A stretch of 64,000 nt of DNA from an uncultured Verrucomicrobiae bacterium (GCA_963726745.1 CAVSDR010000005.1:1-64000), one strand, 5' to 3'. Positions 40,931-53,453 are shown, numbered from the stretch's first letter. The notes: generated by a model from the letters alone, not told the origin. Numbers and translations are program-made.

Positions 40931-43900
40931 GAGCCGGATCCTTCCTTGCCGTGCTGGCCGTGACCGGGCGTGAGGCGTCCGCCTTCGGGCGCGCCGGGCG
41001 GTGGCTGCTCGGGGTGGAGATTGGGCTTGTCGCCCTGTGGCGCGTGCCGCCGCATGAAGTCGAGGTAAGCGGTGCCGGTGGGGAGTTTTCCGGGCACGAG
41101 ATTGCAGCTCAGCGCCTTGGTTTCCATGATGGTGACGTTCGGTTCGCCGGAGATGGCCATGAGGTCGTTGGCCACGTCGCCGCGCACCGGGCCGCTCGCG
41201 CCCCAATGGAACGGGATCGCCACTTGATGGATGATCTTGCCGTCTAATTTCAGCGGCCGCATCCGGCGGCTGACGAGCGCGCGCGCTCCGACGGCTCCGC
41301 GCATCGTGACTAACGAGACGTCGTCGGCGTTGCCAATCCCGAGGTCATCCGCGAGTTCCGGCGAAAGCTCGACGAACATCTCGGGCTGCAGCTCCGAGAG
41401 ATGGCTGAGGAAGCGGCTCATGCCGCCGGCCGTGTGGTGCTCGGTCAGCCGATAAGTGGTAAGCACGAAGGGGAACTTCGGATCGCCCGGCGGCGAGAAC
41501 TTGTTCCCCTCGCGGGTGAACCAATTGACCACCGGATTGGTGTCGTGGCCATAAAGCGCGTTCGCGACCGGCGACTCCAGCGGCTCGTAATGATTTGGCA
41601 GCGGACCATCCTGCAAACCCTGCGGCACGTAGAGCCAGCCGAGCCCGTCCTCGTGCAGGATAAACGGCGCGTCGCCCGGCTGGGCCTCGAGGCCTTTCTC
41701 GTCGCCGTTCGGACGGTAGGCCGGGTCTTTGCCTTTCTGGAAATCGGGCACGTCCTGGCCGGTCCAATGTTTCCCCACCGCATCCCACCAGACGAGTTTC
41801 TTGTCTTCGCTCCAGGGACGGCCATCGGGCGCGGCGCTGGCGCGGTTGTAGATGATGCGGCGATCAGCTGGCCAGGCGAAGCCCCAGCCGTGACCGAGGT
41901 AATCATGGGATGCGCGCTGCTTCGCCTTGTTTACCCCGTCGCTCGGGAAACAGCCGCTGTAGATCCAGCAACCGCACGCGGTCGAGCCGTCGGCCTGGAG
42001 TTCGTTGAAACCGTCGATCTGCGCGCCGTGGTGTGGCTGGCCTGAGCGATCGGCGCCGAAGAGGACGCTGCCGTTGGTCTCGTTAGGCGACGTTTTCCAG
42101 CCGTTGATCTCCGCCAGGACCGCTTCCATTTTCGGCTCGCCCTCGTCGTCTTCTGGATACCACCAATCGAGCGCGCGCAGCGGCGCATCCATCGGATCGT
42201 TTGAGGCATGGGCGCGCGCGATCAGGCGCTTCGCAAGTTGATGGATGAACCAGCCTTCGCTGCGCGCTTCGCCTGGCGGATGAACCGCCTTCTCGCGCCA
42301 CTGAAGAAGGCGCTGGGTGTTGGTGAAGGCGCCTTCTTTTTCCGCGTGGCCAGCGACCGGGAAGAGGAAAACCTCGGTCTCGATCTCCTCGGTCTGGAGC
42401 TCGCCGCGCTCGATCTCGGGCGAGTTATACCAGAAGGAAGCGGTCTCCACTTCCACGAGATCACGGACCACGAGCCACTTCAATTTAGCCAGCGCTTTGC
42501 GTTCGAGCCGCGCGTTCTGCGCGCCGACCGCGGGGTTTTGACCCATGACGAACATCCCTTCCATCTCGCCATCGAGCATCTTGTAGAGAAACTCGAAGTA
42601 TGAGTGGTCGCCGGTGATTTTAGGCAGCCAGTTGTAGCCGAAGTCGTTCTCCGCGGTGGCGTTTTTCCCGTAGTAAGCCTTGAGCGTGCTGATGAAGTAG
42701 CTGGGAAAGTTATTCCACAGGCCAGTCGGGTTGGTGTGCTTCTCGAGATACTGCTGGAGCGTATCTTCGCCTTTGCCGGCGCGCGGCATCGCGAGGTAAC
42801 CGGGGAGGGTATCGTAGAGCGTCGGGATGTCGGTCGAGCCCTGGATGGAAGCGTGCCCGCGCAAGGCGAGGATGCCGCCGCCAGGGCGCCCAATGTTGCC
42901 TAACAAGAGCTGCAACATCGCCGCGGTGCGGATGACCTGGACGCCTTTCGAGTGATGCGTCCAACCAACCGCGTAGCAGATCGCGGCGGTCTTGTCGGGG
43001 CCGGACGCTTGCGTGAGCGCGTCGGCTACTTTGTGGAAAAGCTCCGGCGGAATGCCGCAGACTTTCTCCACCATCTCCGGGGTGTAACGGGCGTAGTGGC
43101 GCTTGAGCGTTTGGAAAACGCAGCGCGGATCCTGCAGGGTAAGATCGCGCTGCGGATGGCTCAGGCCGTCGCCTTCGTAGAGCCAGGTCTCGGGATCGTA
43201 GGCGCGTTTCGCTTCGTCCCAACCGGAGAAGAATCCGCTCTCGTGATCCTCGAAACCTTCGCGCAGGAGACAGGAGGCGTTGGTGTAATGGACGACGTAT
43301 TCGCGGAAGAAAAGATCGTGCTCGATCACATGCCGGATGAGCCCACCGAGAAACGCAATGTCGCTCCCGGCGCGGATCGGCACCCAGATATCAGCCAGCG
43401 CGCTGGTGCGCGAAAAACGCGGATCGACGTGAATGATGGTGGCGCCGTTTTCCTTCGCCTTCATCACCCAGCGGAAGCCCACCGGATGCGCCTCCGCCAT
43501 GGAGGAGCCCTCGATCAGGATGCAGTTGGAGCGCGCGAGATCTTGTTGCGCAGTCGTAGCTCCGCCCCGGCCGAAGGAGGTGCCCAGACCGGGCACCGTG
43601 CTGCTATGTCATATCCGGGCCTGGTTCGACACGCACACCATGCCCAGGCCTCCGGTAAACAGCTTCTTGATCAGGTAATTCTCTTCGTTGTCGAGCGTGG
43701 CGCCGCCGAGATGGGCGACCGCGGTGGTGTGATTGACGACTGAGCCGAGCTTCTCGCGGACCATCGTCCGCTTGCGCGAATCCCAGAGCCGCTCGGTGAT
43801 CATCTCCATGGCATTAGCCAGCGAGATCTCGCTCCATTCGCGGGCACGCGGCGCGCGGTATTTCACTTTGGTCTCGCGGAGCGCATGCGTCAGAAGCTGA

Positions 43901-44175
43901 AAAGAAGCCGCGCCTTTCGGGCAAAGATTACCCTGCGAGATGGGTGACTCCGGATCGCCCTCGATCGAGACCAGCTTCCCGTCTTTGTGATAGATCAGCT
44001 GCCCGCAACCGACGCCGCAGTAAGGGCAGATCGAGCGCGCCACCTGCGCGTCATCAGTGCGCGCGTGCCAGGTGCGGGTCTTGTCGGACATCGACTCCAA
44101 CCCGGTGCCGTCGACGCGCTCGCGAATTTGCCGAAGGAGCGGCCATTTCGAGAGCAAGGCGAGGAGCGACGGCAT
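40927..44175 (-). CDS. fdnG: formate dehydrogenase catalytic (alpha) subunit, selenoprotein (UGA at 43609-43611)
   Basis: CPYCGVGC, LCPKG, NQARI-U-HSSTVPGLGTSFGRGG, ALRGH; two in-frame ORFs separated only by TGA. Confidence 0.93.
43579..43597 (-). promoter_or_regulatory. bacterial SECIS element of fdnG
   Basis: mRNA UGA + 11 nt + GGUGCCC-GGUCU-GGGCACC hairpin, with G23/U24 at the same positions as in the E. coli fdhF SECIS. Confidence 0.85.
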
Positions 44176-44376
44176 CTGTCCTTTGGTTCGCCGCGCCGCG
44201 CGGGACTGGTTGCATGAAACCTCGCCGGAAGTGAATCCGGTCGATGACAGAAATATAATGTAATCTCTGCGTCCAAAACACGCGCAGTGCGTAATCACCG
44301 CCCGATGGAGTGGAACCGTCGCCTCCCACGTCGGGATGCATCCACGGCCAACCTCCATCGGATAACCCCATCAACC

Positions 44377-47300
44377 ATGCGCAAACTACACCCTTCAGAA
44401 AGCGGCGCCTTTAACCCGCGCCTCTTCCTCGCTTTCGTGCTCCTCTGTTTTGGCGGCACGTTCGCGGTCCTGACCTTCGCTTCCACCCCGAGCAGTGGCA
44501 CGCTGACCGACACCTCCGGGCCGCTCACTTATACGATCGCGCCGTTTACCACGGCGAACCCGACGCCCGTCATCCAGGTGGACAATGGCCCGCGCTGCAA
44601 TGGCCAGTTCAACTGCGACAGCTACGCGCTGACGATCAATGTCTCGCCCGCATATCTCATGGCCAACCCGAATGCCTCGGCCAAGGTCACCCTATCGTGG
44701 ACCGATACCGGCAGCGGGAACTCGGACTACGATCTCTACGTTTTCAACGGCTCTGTTCCCACCACCAGCGGATCACGGGCGGCTGATTACCAGTCTGCCA
44801 GTGGAGCAGATCCCGAGGTGGCTGTGATCACCCCGCTGCTCGCAGGGACTCAGCAATACACGATCAAGGTCGTGCCCTACACCCCGACGCGTGAGTCGTT
44901 GACGGTGAAGATCGAACTCCAGGCCGGCGCTGCGGGCGGCGGCGGCGGTCGGTGGTGGCGGCGGCAGTTTCGGCGGTGCGGATGCGTCCGCTCCAGGGAA
45001 GCCGCGTTACCAGAATTTCTTCGCCCCCACGGGCTCCTCCGCGGAATCCTCCACCGGCGAGTTTAACATCGGCTTCAATCCGCTCACTGGCCGAATCATG
45101 GCGATGAACGCCGGTCCGATCTGGCGCCTGACTCCGCCGGAGCGTCTCGTCCCGGCTCGTCCGGCTTGCTGCGAAGCTCTCTGGCAGGATCGCTCCTCGA
45201 CCGTGACCGATACCGGCCTCGACCCGATTCTTTTCACGGACGCGAAGAGCGGCCGCACCTTCGCCTCGAACGCGACCACGGGCGCAAACATCCTCTACGC
45301 TTACAGCGATAGCGATGGCGAACCGAGCGCGACCCAGCCGACCGGTTGGACCCCGATCGGGGCAGCGCCCGCAAACGGCGGCGCGGATCACCAGACGATC
45401 GGCAGCGGGCCGTTCCCGGCCTCGCTTTCCGCGCTCTCCACGCCGCTTAATCAGGGGCGTTATGTCCTCTATTGCTCGCAGGATTTAGTCGGCGCCTTCT
45501 GCCAGAGCAGCTACGACCTCGGCATGAGCTACGGCCCGGGCGTTTCCGCCACGGGCAACGGCATCGGTTCGCAAGGCTGCGGCGGCCTCCATGGCCACGT
45601 GCGCATCGCGCCCGATGGCACCGCCTGGCTGCCGGATGATTCCTGCACTGGCAAACAGGGCGGATCGTTCTCGCTCGACGCCAGCACCACGCCTTGGACG
45701 GAGTTCGTGGTCCAGAAGACCGCGGCCGATGCCGAGGGCCCGGCCTTCACCGCAGTCTCGCAAACCAACGGCGCCGATCCTTCCATCGGCATCGACAAGG
45801 CGAACACGATCTACTTCTGCTACGTGAACAACGAAGCAGGCGGCACCCAGGGCCACGCGCACGTTGCCGTCGGCAAGCGTGTCGGCTCGACGATCAACTG
45901 GATTCGCGATCGCGACATCGGTCTTGCCTCCGGCGTGGTCAACGCCGCCCACACCGAGGCGATCGCGGGCGACGCCGGCCGCGCTGCTTGCGGCTTCTAC
46001 GGCACGAACGTCTCCGGCAATTATCAATCCGGCACGTTCCCGGGCGTTTGGTATCCGTTCATCGCCACGACCTACGATGAAGGCCGCACCTGGACCACGG
46101 TGAACGCTTCGCCGAACGATCCCGTGCAGAACATGACCGGCATCTGGCAGCAGGGCGGCAGTGGCCAGAACGGCAACCGCAACCTGCTCGATTTCAATGA
46201 AATCACGATGGATAACGAAGGCCGCGTCCTCTACGGCTACAGCGACGGTTGCCACACCCAGGCCTGCCTCGACGGCACGCCCGGCGATCGCGGCGCCTTC
46301 ATGCGCATCGCCCGCCAATCCGGCGGCCGCACGCTCCTGGCGGCGTTCGATTCCATGACGGACACCACGACCGCGCTCGCCCCGAAACCGCCTTGCCTTA
46401 GCGGCACGCGGACCGCGGCGGAGTCGCTGCTCTCGTGGAAAGTGCCGGATAATGGCGGCACCGAGATCGTCAATTACAAGATCTACCGGAGCAACGCCTC
46501 CGGGGCGGAAGTCTTCATCGGGCAGACCGGCAACGCCACCCCGAGCTATCGCGACCTCAATCCGCCGGCCGACGCGCATCTCTTCTATCGCGTGCTCGCG
46601 GTGAACGCGGTCGGCGAAGGTGGATTAAGCAACGAGATCGATCTTACAGCTACCGTGCTGCCGCCGGTGCAGAGTGTCTGCCTGGCTCCCGGGCTCACCA
46701 TCTTGTCGGATAAAGCGGCCGACACCAGCGCCGCCCTTGGCTTGGTGGCCACGCCAGCGCCTCCGGGATCCGATCTCCTCGCGCTCCGGTTGTCGCAGCC
46801 TTACCAGGCCGATGGCATCCCGCGTTTGATCTTCACGATCAATACCGACCCGAACGCGAGCAACACGGAGTCGCCGGGTTGGGCGGCGTATGTTGCGATC
46901 AAGATTAACGGTCCCGACCCGCTCGTGGCGGGTGACACGGCCACGGTTCACTACCGCGGCGTGCGCCTGGCCTACAAGCCAACCGCCACCTTCGAGTCCT
47001 ACAAACCCAGCGCGAACAGCTCGGGTGGCGTCGATGGACGCTTCGTGACCGCGGGTTCAACCAAGCCAGCCGAGGCGACCAGCAACTATGACGGTGCCAG
47101 CGGCAAGATCACGATCGTGGTCAAGGCGAGCGATCTGAACCTGAATCCCGGCGACGTGATTTCAGGCTTCGTATCGGGCGTTTCTCAAACGACCGATCCC
47201 ACGGCCGTCGGAGCCGCCTCCGCGACCGCGCTCTATGATCAAATGCCCGACAGCCTCACCTTCGCCAGCAGCTACACCTTGCCAATCTTCGGCACCTGCT

Positions 47301-47836
47301 CGGCCCCGGGGTTTGTCTCGCGCCTCACCCACGGCACCGTGGGCGAGTTCGACATCCCGCTGTCTGCCGGCAGCGCCACGATCGAGCCTCGCGTCGGATC
47401 GCCGCGCGGCACCTACACGGTCATCTACTCGGCTAACCAGCTCGTGACCGCGGCCGGTAATGCCACCGTGCAAGGCGCCAGCCTCGCCGGCCAGCCGACG
47501 GTCGGCCCGAATGCCAACCAGATCAGCATCCCGATCACGAACGTGGGCAACAGCCAGCACATTGTCGTGGGGCTCGACGGCGTCCAGGCCAGCGGCACGC
47601 TCAACGGCTTGAGCGCGCAGATGGACGTCCTCGTGGGCGACGTGAATCGCAACGGCACGGTCAACGCCGGTGATGCCATCGTCACCCGCAACGCCTCCGG
47701 CCAGCCGACCGTCGCGGGGAACTTCCTCATCGATGTGAACGCCGACGGCACCGTCAATGCCGGCGACGCCATCATCGTCCGCAGCACCTCCGGCAACGCC
47801 CTCGGCGGTGGCACGGCCGCGGCAGCGAGTCGCTAG
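44377..47836 (+). CDS. large secreted protein: propeller/sialidase-like region, FN3 domain, C-terminal dockerin-like repeats (frameshift near 44945 in the GGC run)
   Basis: N-terminal hydrophobic leader; TYDEGRTW Asp-box-like; FN3 WKVP..YKIYR..YRVLAVN; DVNRNGTVNAGDA / DVNADGTVNAGDA. Confidence 0.8.
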
Positions 47837-47857
47837 TCGCCGCGCATCGCGAAAATC

Positions 47858-47895
47858 AGCACGGCCCCGGAGCAATCCGGGGCCGTGTTTGTTTC
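47858..47895 (+). terminator. intrinsic terminator between convergent genes
   Basis: AGCACGGCCCCGGA-GCAA-TCCGGGGCCGTGTT hairpin followed by a T-rich tail. Confidence 0.85.
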
Positions 47896-47913
47896 TCCGG
47901 GAATCGCCGAGGC

Positions 47914-49254
47914 CTACAGGGCGGCGAAGGCCGCGTCCAGCACCTCCAGCAGGAAATCGGCGTCTGCTTTCGTGAGGCACATGGGCGGGGAAAAGCGGAT
48001 CGTCTGGCCCCAGAGGCCGCCCTTGCCTAACAAGAGGCCCATGTCCTTGGCGGTCTCGAGCACCTGGGCGCACTCGGCTTTAGCCGGCTCTTTGGTCGTG
48101 CGATCCTTCACCAGCTCAATTCCGAGCATGAGACCTTTCCCACGGACGTCGCCGATGATGTTGTGCTTCTCCTGCAGGCGGCGGAGACCGCCTAACAAGT
48201 GGTTGCCTATTTCCAGCGAATTAGCCTGCAACTTCTCCCGGTCGATCACGTCGAGCACAGTGCTGCCAATCGCAGAGACCACCGGGTTGCCGCCGAAAGT
48301 GTTGAAGTGAATCCGCTGCGCCAAGGCCTGCGCGATCTTCGGCGTGGTCACGACTGCGCCGAGCGGCGCGCCGTTGCCGATGCCCTTGGCCATGCAGACG
48401 ATGTCCGGGAGCACGTCCTGCGTCTCGAAGCCCCAGTAATGCGAGCCGGTGCGACCAAAGCCGGCCTGCACTTCATCGGCGATGCAGACGCCGCCCGCGG
48501 CGCGCACATGTTCGTAGGTGTGCTTCAGGTAACCGTCCGGGAACACGATCACGCCGCCCACGCCCTGGATCGATTCCGCGATGAACCCCGCCACTTTCCC
48601 AGGCGTGGCGTAGTCGATCAGGCTCTTCACATCGTCGGCATACTTGCGTCCGGCGTCCACATCGTCGCGACCCCAGACGCCGCGATAAGGATCGGGCGTG
48701 AGCGCGTGGTGCACCCCGAAGCTGTGCGGGATGTTGTATTTCCAGGTATGATGCGCGGTCAGTCCCATGCCGCTGGCGTTGCCGCCGTGGTAGGCGTTGC
48801 GCAGCGCGATCATGTCGTAGTTGCCGGTGTAGGCGCGCGCCATCAGCAGCGCGAGATCGTTCGCTTCCGAGCCGCTGTTCACGAAGTAACAGACCTTCAG
48901 GTCGCCCGGCATCTTGCTGGCTAATTTCTCCGCGTAGGCGCCCACGTTCGGGTTCAGGTAGATCGTGGTCGAATGCTGCAGGAGCTCGTTCTGCTTCCGT
49001 GTTGCCTCGACCACGTCCGGGTGGCAATGCCCCACGCTCACGGTCACGATCCCGCCGAGCGCATCGAGGTAGCGCTTGCCGGTCTCGTCCCAGACGTACT
49101 GCATCTTTCCCTCCACCATCATGAGGGGCTTCTTGTAGTAGAGAAAAATGCCGGGATTGAGGAATTGCTTCCGTTGCGCCATCACTTCGTCGGCCGAGGG
49201 ACCGGAGTAAGGCGCGGGTTGGAAGTCGGTGGGCGGGAGCTGAGGTGTGTTCAT
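47914..49254 (-). CDS. class III PLP aminotransferase (AGXT2/beta-alanine-pyruvate aminotransferase-like)
   Basis: [50 protein letters not shown]. Confidence 0.9.
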   Translation of the reverse strand: MNTPQLPPTDFQPAPYSGPSADEVMAQRKQFLNPGIFLYYKKPLMMVEGKMQYVWDETGKRYLDALGGIVTVSVGHCHPDVVEATRKQNELLQHSTTIYLNPNVGAYAEKLASKMPGDLKVCYFVNSGSEANDLALLMARAYTGNYDMIALRNAYHGGNASGMGLTAHHTWKYNIPHSFGVHHALTPDPYRGVWGRDDVDAGRKYADDVKSLIDYATPGKVAGFIAESIQGVGGVIVFPDGYLKHTYEHVRAAGGVCIADEVQAGFGRTGSHYWGFETQDVLPDIVCMAKGIGNGAPLGAVVTTPKIAQALAQRIHFNTFGGNPVVSAIGSTVLDVIDREKLQANSLEIGNHLLGGLRRLQEKHNIIGDVRGKGLMLGIELVKDRTTKEPAKAECAQVLETAKDMGLLLGKGGLWGQTIRFSPPMCLTKADADFLLEVLDAAFAAL

Positions 49255-50741
49255 AGGCGGGTGGTCAGGCGACGCAACGCGAGGTAAAGCAGGAACGCAA
49301 TCGCGAATCCGACGAACCAGGCATAGCTGTAGAGGCTCACGAGGAAAGCCGGCACGCTCGAGGCGCTGACTAATTTCACGGTCACGAGAAAGCCGGGAAG
49401 GTTCGGGAGAATCGCCCCGCCTAACGAGAGCAAAGCGGCCACGCTGAAACCGTTGCTGTAGCGGTATTCGCCCTCCGGCGCGTAGAGCGCGGGCACGTTG
49501 AGCTTGGTTTTTCGGACGACGAAGTAATCCGCGATCATGATCCCGCCGATCGGGCCGAGGAGCGCACTGTAACCGATCAGCCAGGTGAAAATGTAGCCGC
49601 TCGGATCGGCCACCAGTTTCCACGGCATCATGAAGATGCCGGCTATTCCTGTGATCAAGCCGCCGGTGCGGAAGGAAATTTTCCGCGGCGCGAGATGCGC
49701 GAAATCGTTCGCAGGACTGACGACATTGGCCGCGATGTTGGTCGCGAGGGTTGCGAGACAAAGCGCGAACATTGCGACCACGAGGACGACCGGGTTGGTG
49801 AATTTAGTCAGCACGTCGACCGGATCCCAGATGGTCACTCCGTAGATGATCGTGGTCGCGGAGGTCACGGCGACGCCGATGAAAGAATACAGCGCCATCG
49901 TCAGCGGCAGGCCGAGCGCTTGCCCGACAATCTGGTCGCGCTGCGAGCGCGCGTAGCGCGAGAAGTCCGGGATGTTGAGCGAGAGCGTCGCCCAAAAGCC
50001 GATCATGCCGGTCAGCCCTGGGATGAAGAAGGCCCAGAACTGTCCCTCTTTCGGCTGCCCCGGCGCGAAGGCCGAGGGCTGCGCGAGGATCGGCCCGAAG
50101 CCGCCGGCGTTCTGGTAAGCCCACGCGAGGAGCGCCAGGCCGAGCGCGATCAAGAGCGGCGCCTTGATGTTCAGGAGGAAGCGGATCGACTCGATCCCCT
50201 TGTAGACCACGAACATGTTGATCGCCCAAAAGAACATGAAGCAGCCGAAGGCCGGCAGGCTGATGCCCAGAAATGTCGCCAGTCCCGGTGCGCCTAACGA
50301 GGGGAAAAAGACGCCGAGGATTTTGTAGATCGCGGCGCCGCCGATCCACGTCTGGATGCCGAACCAGCCGCAGGCGACAAACGCGCGCATGAGCGCGGGC
50401 ACGTTCGCGCCGCGGGTCCCGAACGAGGCGCGGCAGAAGACGGGAAACGGAATCCCATACCGCGTCCCGGCATGCGCATTCAGGATCATCGGGATCACCA
50501 CGATCAAGTTGCCGAGAAAGATCGTCAGGATCGCCTGCGACCAATTCATCCCGCCGCCGATGAGCGACGACGCCAGCATGTAGGTCGGGATGCAGGCCGA
50601 CATCGAAATCCAGAGCGCGGCGAAGCTGCCTACGCGCCAGGTGCGCTTGGCGCGGGGGACCGGCGCGAGGTCGGCGTTGTAGAGCACGCTCTCTGCGATC
50701 TCGAGCGAGACTTCCACATCCGGAACGTCGGCCGTGTCCAT
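49251..50741 (-). CDS. NCS1 nucleobase:cation symporter
   Basis: YNADLAP, LWISMS, YGIPFPV...[17 protein letters not shown]. Confidence 0.93.
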   Translation of the reverse strand: MDTADVPDVEVSLEIAESVLYNADLAPVPRAKRTWRVGSFAALWISMSACIPTYMLASSLIGGGMNWSQAILTIFLGNLIVVIPMILNAHAGTRYGIPFPVFCRASFGTRGANVPALMRAFVACGWFGIQTWIGGAAIYKILGVFFPSLGAPGLATFLGISLPAFGCFMFFWAINMFVVYKGIESIRFLLNIKAPLLIALGLALLAWAYQNAGGFGPILAQPSAFAPGQPKEGQFWAFFIPGLTGMIGFWATLSLNIPDFSRYARSQRDQIVGQALGLPLTMALYSFIGVAVTSATTIIYGVTIWDPVDVLTKFTNPVVLVVAMFALCLATLATNIAANVVSPANDFAHLAPRKISFRTGGLITGIAGIFMMPWKLVADPSGYIFTWLIGYSALLGPIGGIMIADYFVVRKTKLNVPALYAPEGEYRYSNGFSVAALLSLGGAILPNLPGFLVTVKLVSASSVPAFLVSLYSYAWFVGFAIAFLLYLALRRLTTRL

Positions 50742-50827
50742 GCGGAGGCAGAGACTGCCGAAGCCGGCCCGCGTGGGCAACAGGAAAGCATCTTTCCATT
50801 CGCGCGCCGGCCCGCTAGAAGCCTCTC

Positions 50828-52072
50828 GTGTTCCTCCGCTTCGTGAGCGCCCTCGGTCTCGTCTCCATGCTGGCGGCCGCCTGGGCGCTCTCGCGCGATC
50901 GGAAAAACTTTCCCTGGCGCACGGTCCTCTGGGGGCTCGCACTGCAAGCAAGCTTCGCCGTCTTCATCCTGAAAACATCCGTCGGCCTCGCGGTCTTCGT
51001 GGCCGCGCAGCGTTTGATCGACAAGCTGAACGTCTTTGCGCTCGAAGGCGCGCGCATGGTCTTCGGTCCGCTGGCCGATGGCGATGCTTTGAAGGGCGCC
51101 TTCGGTCCGGCCAATGGCTACGTCTTCGCCGTTTTCATCTCGGCCACGATCATCTTCATCTCCGCGCTCTCCGCGCTGCTCTATCACTGGGGCGTGCTGC
51201 AGCGCGTGGTCCACGCGATGGCCTGGGTCATGCGCAAAGCGATGCGCACCAGCGGGAGCGAAAGCCTGGGCGCCGCGAGCAATATTTTCCTCGGCCAAAC
51301 CGAAGCCGCACTCCTCATTCGCCCCTACATCCCGCGCATGACCATGAGCGAGCTGATGGCGCTCATGACCACCGGCATGGCCACGATCGCGAGCGGCGTC
51401 ATGATCGTCTACGCGCAGCTCGGGATCGACGCCGGGCACTTGTTAACTGCGTGTGTCCTGAGCGCGCCGGCCGGTCTCTTGATCGCGAAGATCATGTTTC
51501 CGGAAACCGAAGTGAGCGAGACGCGCGGGAGCGCCTCCGCCGAAGTCCCGCGCACCACCGTGAACAGCATCGACGCGCTCTGCCGCGGCGCCGGCGAAGG
51601 CATCGCGCTCGCGATTAATGTCATCGGCATGCTCATCGCCTTCGTCGCGGTGGTCGCGCTGGCTAATTACCTTTTCACGACCGCGCAGCGCCTCGGCGGC
51701 GTCGCGCAGCCGTTCACCATCCAGCACGCGCTCGGCTGGCTCAACTGGCCCTTCGCCCTCCTGCTCGGCATCCCGCCTAACGACTGCCAGCTCGTCGGCC
51801 AGGTGCTCGGCGAGCGCATCGTGCTCAATGAATTCGTCGGCTATCTCTCGCTCGCGCAGCAGAAGGCGCAGCTCGCCCCGCGCAGCTTCACCCTCGCGAC
51901 CTACGCGCTCTGCGGCTTCGCAAATTTCTCCAGCATCGCCATCCAGATCGGCGGCATCGGCGCGCTCGCGCCCGAGCGTCGCAGCGACCTCGCCCGCCTC
52001 GGCCTGCGCGCCATGATCGGCGGCTTGCTCGCCTGCTACCTCACCGCGGCGCTCGTGGGCGTGCTGCTTTAG
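50828..52072 (+). CDS. concentrative nucleoside transporter (CNT/NupC family)
   Basis: NIFLGQTEA, GMATIAS, NEFVGY, YALCGFANFSSIAIQIGG. Confidence 0.93.
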   Translation: MFLRFVSALGLVSMLAAAWALSRDRKNFPWRTVLWGLALQASFAVFILKTSVGLAVFVAAQRLIDKLNVFALEGARMVFGPLADGDALKGAFGPANGYVFAVFISATIIFISALSALLYHWGVLQRVVHAMAWVMRKAMRTSGSESLGAASNIFLGQTEAALLIRPYIPRMTMSELMALMTTGMATIASGVMIVYAQLGIDAGHLLTACVLSAPAGLLIAKIMFPETEVSETRGSASAEVPRTTVNSIDALCRGAGEGIALAINVIGMLIAFVAVVALANYLFTTAQRLGGVAQPFTIQHALGWLNWPFALLLGIPPNDCQLVGQVLGERIVLNEFVGYLSLAQQKAQLAPRSFTLATYALCGFANFSSIAIQIGGIGALAPERRSDLARLGLRAMIGGLLACYLTAALVGVLL

Positions 52073-53453
52073 CGCGCGGCCGTTGCCCGTCGCAGCATCT
52101 GCCCGCGGCCGATCGTGCCGACGAATTTTCCGTCGCGCACCGCGACTTCGCCGCGCACCGTGACCACGCTGGGGCGGCCTTCGATTTCCCAACCTTCGAA
52201 GGCGCTGTAGTCGACGTTCATCAGCTGCGTTTTCGCGGAGATCTTTCCGCGATAGTCCGGGTCGTAGACGACGAGATCGGCGTCGGCCCCGGGCTGGATC
52301 GTGCCCTTGCGCGGGAAGAGGCCGAAGATTTTCGCGGCATTGGTGCTCGCGACATTGACGAAGGTGTTCAGGTCGAGCTTTCCGGTCTTCACCCCGTGGG
52401 TAAACAGCAAGTTCACCCGCTCCTCGAGCGACGGGATGCCGTTCGGGATCTTGGTGAAATCATCGCGGCCCATCGGCTTTTGCGTCAGGAAATCGAAGGG
52501 CGCATGATCCGTCCCGACGGTTTGGATTTCGCCGCTGCGCAGTGCCATTCCAGATCACCGCTTGGTTGCGCTTGTCGCGCAGTGGCGGCGACATGACGAA
52601 CTTCGCGCCTTCGAAAGTCCGGCCGCTCCGCATCGGTCTTATCGAGCACGAGATATTGGATCAAAGTCTCGATGCTCACCTCCACGCCGCGATGCCGCGC
52701 CGCGAGCGCTTCGCGCAGGGCTTCGTCGCAGCTCAGGTGGACGATGTAAACGCGGGCGCCGGTCAGCTCCGCGAAGGTCATCAAGTGATGCACCCCTTCG
52801 GCTTCGACGATCGGCGGCCGGCTCTCGTGATGTTGCTCCGGCCCGGTCAGGCCCGCGCCTAACAACTCCTTTTGCCGTTCGGTCACGAGGGTTTCGTTCT
52901 CGCAGTGCGCGGTCACGATCACGCCCAGTTCGCTGGCTAATTTCAGCGTGTGATAGAGCTCGGTGTCGTCGATCCCGAAGGCGCCCTTGTAGGCCAGGAA
53001 GATTTTAAACGACGAGATGCCGGCCTCGACGATCGCGCGCAGCTGCGCGGCGTTCTCCGCGTCGAAGCGGGTCACGCCCATGTGAAAGGTGTAATCGCAG
53101 GCCGATTTTCCCGCCGCTTGTTCCTGCCAAAGCGCAAAGCCCTCGGCCGCGCTCATCGCGCGCGGCGGGCAGACCATCTCGAAGATCGTGGTCGTCCCGC
53201 CGACCAGCGCGGCCTTCGAGGCGGTCTCGTAGTTGTCCTTCGAATAGGTGCCCATGAAGGGCAGGTAGATGTGCGTGTGCGGATCGATGAAGCCGGGGAA
53301 GACATACTTCCCGGTGGCGTCGATCACTTCGCAGCCGGCCGGCGCTTCCAGGCCCGGGCCGATGCGGGTAATGGTTTCGCCTTCGCAAAAAATATCCGCC
53401 ACGTAGCGTTCGCTCCCGGTGACGATCTCGCCGTTCTTGATCAGTAATGCCAT
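52069..53453 (-). CDS. hydA: dihydropyrimidinase (frameshifts near 52546 and 52612)
   Basis: PGFIDPHTH, GGTTT, SFKIFLAY, HCEN, VHLS, GTDHAPF, IPNGIP. Confidence 0.9.

Noticed and set aside
43609..43611. fdnG as a pseudogene or two genes
   Set aside because: The stop is UGA at the catalytic Sec position, with a canonical SECIS and full Sec machinery next door.
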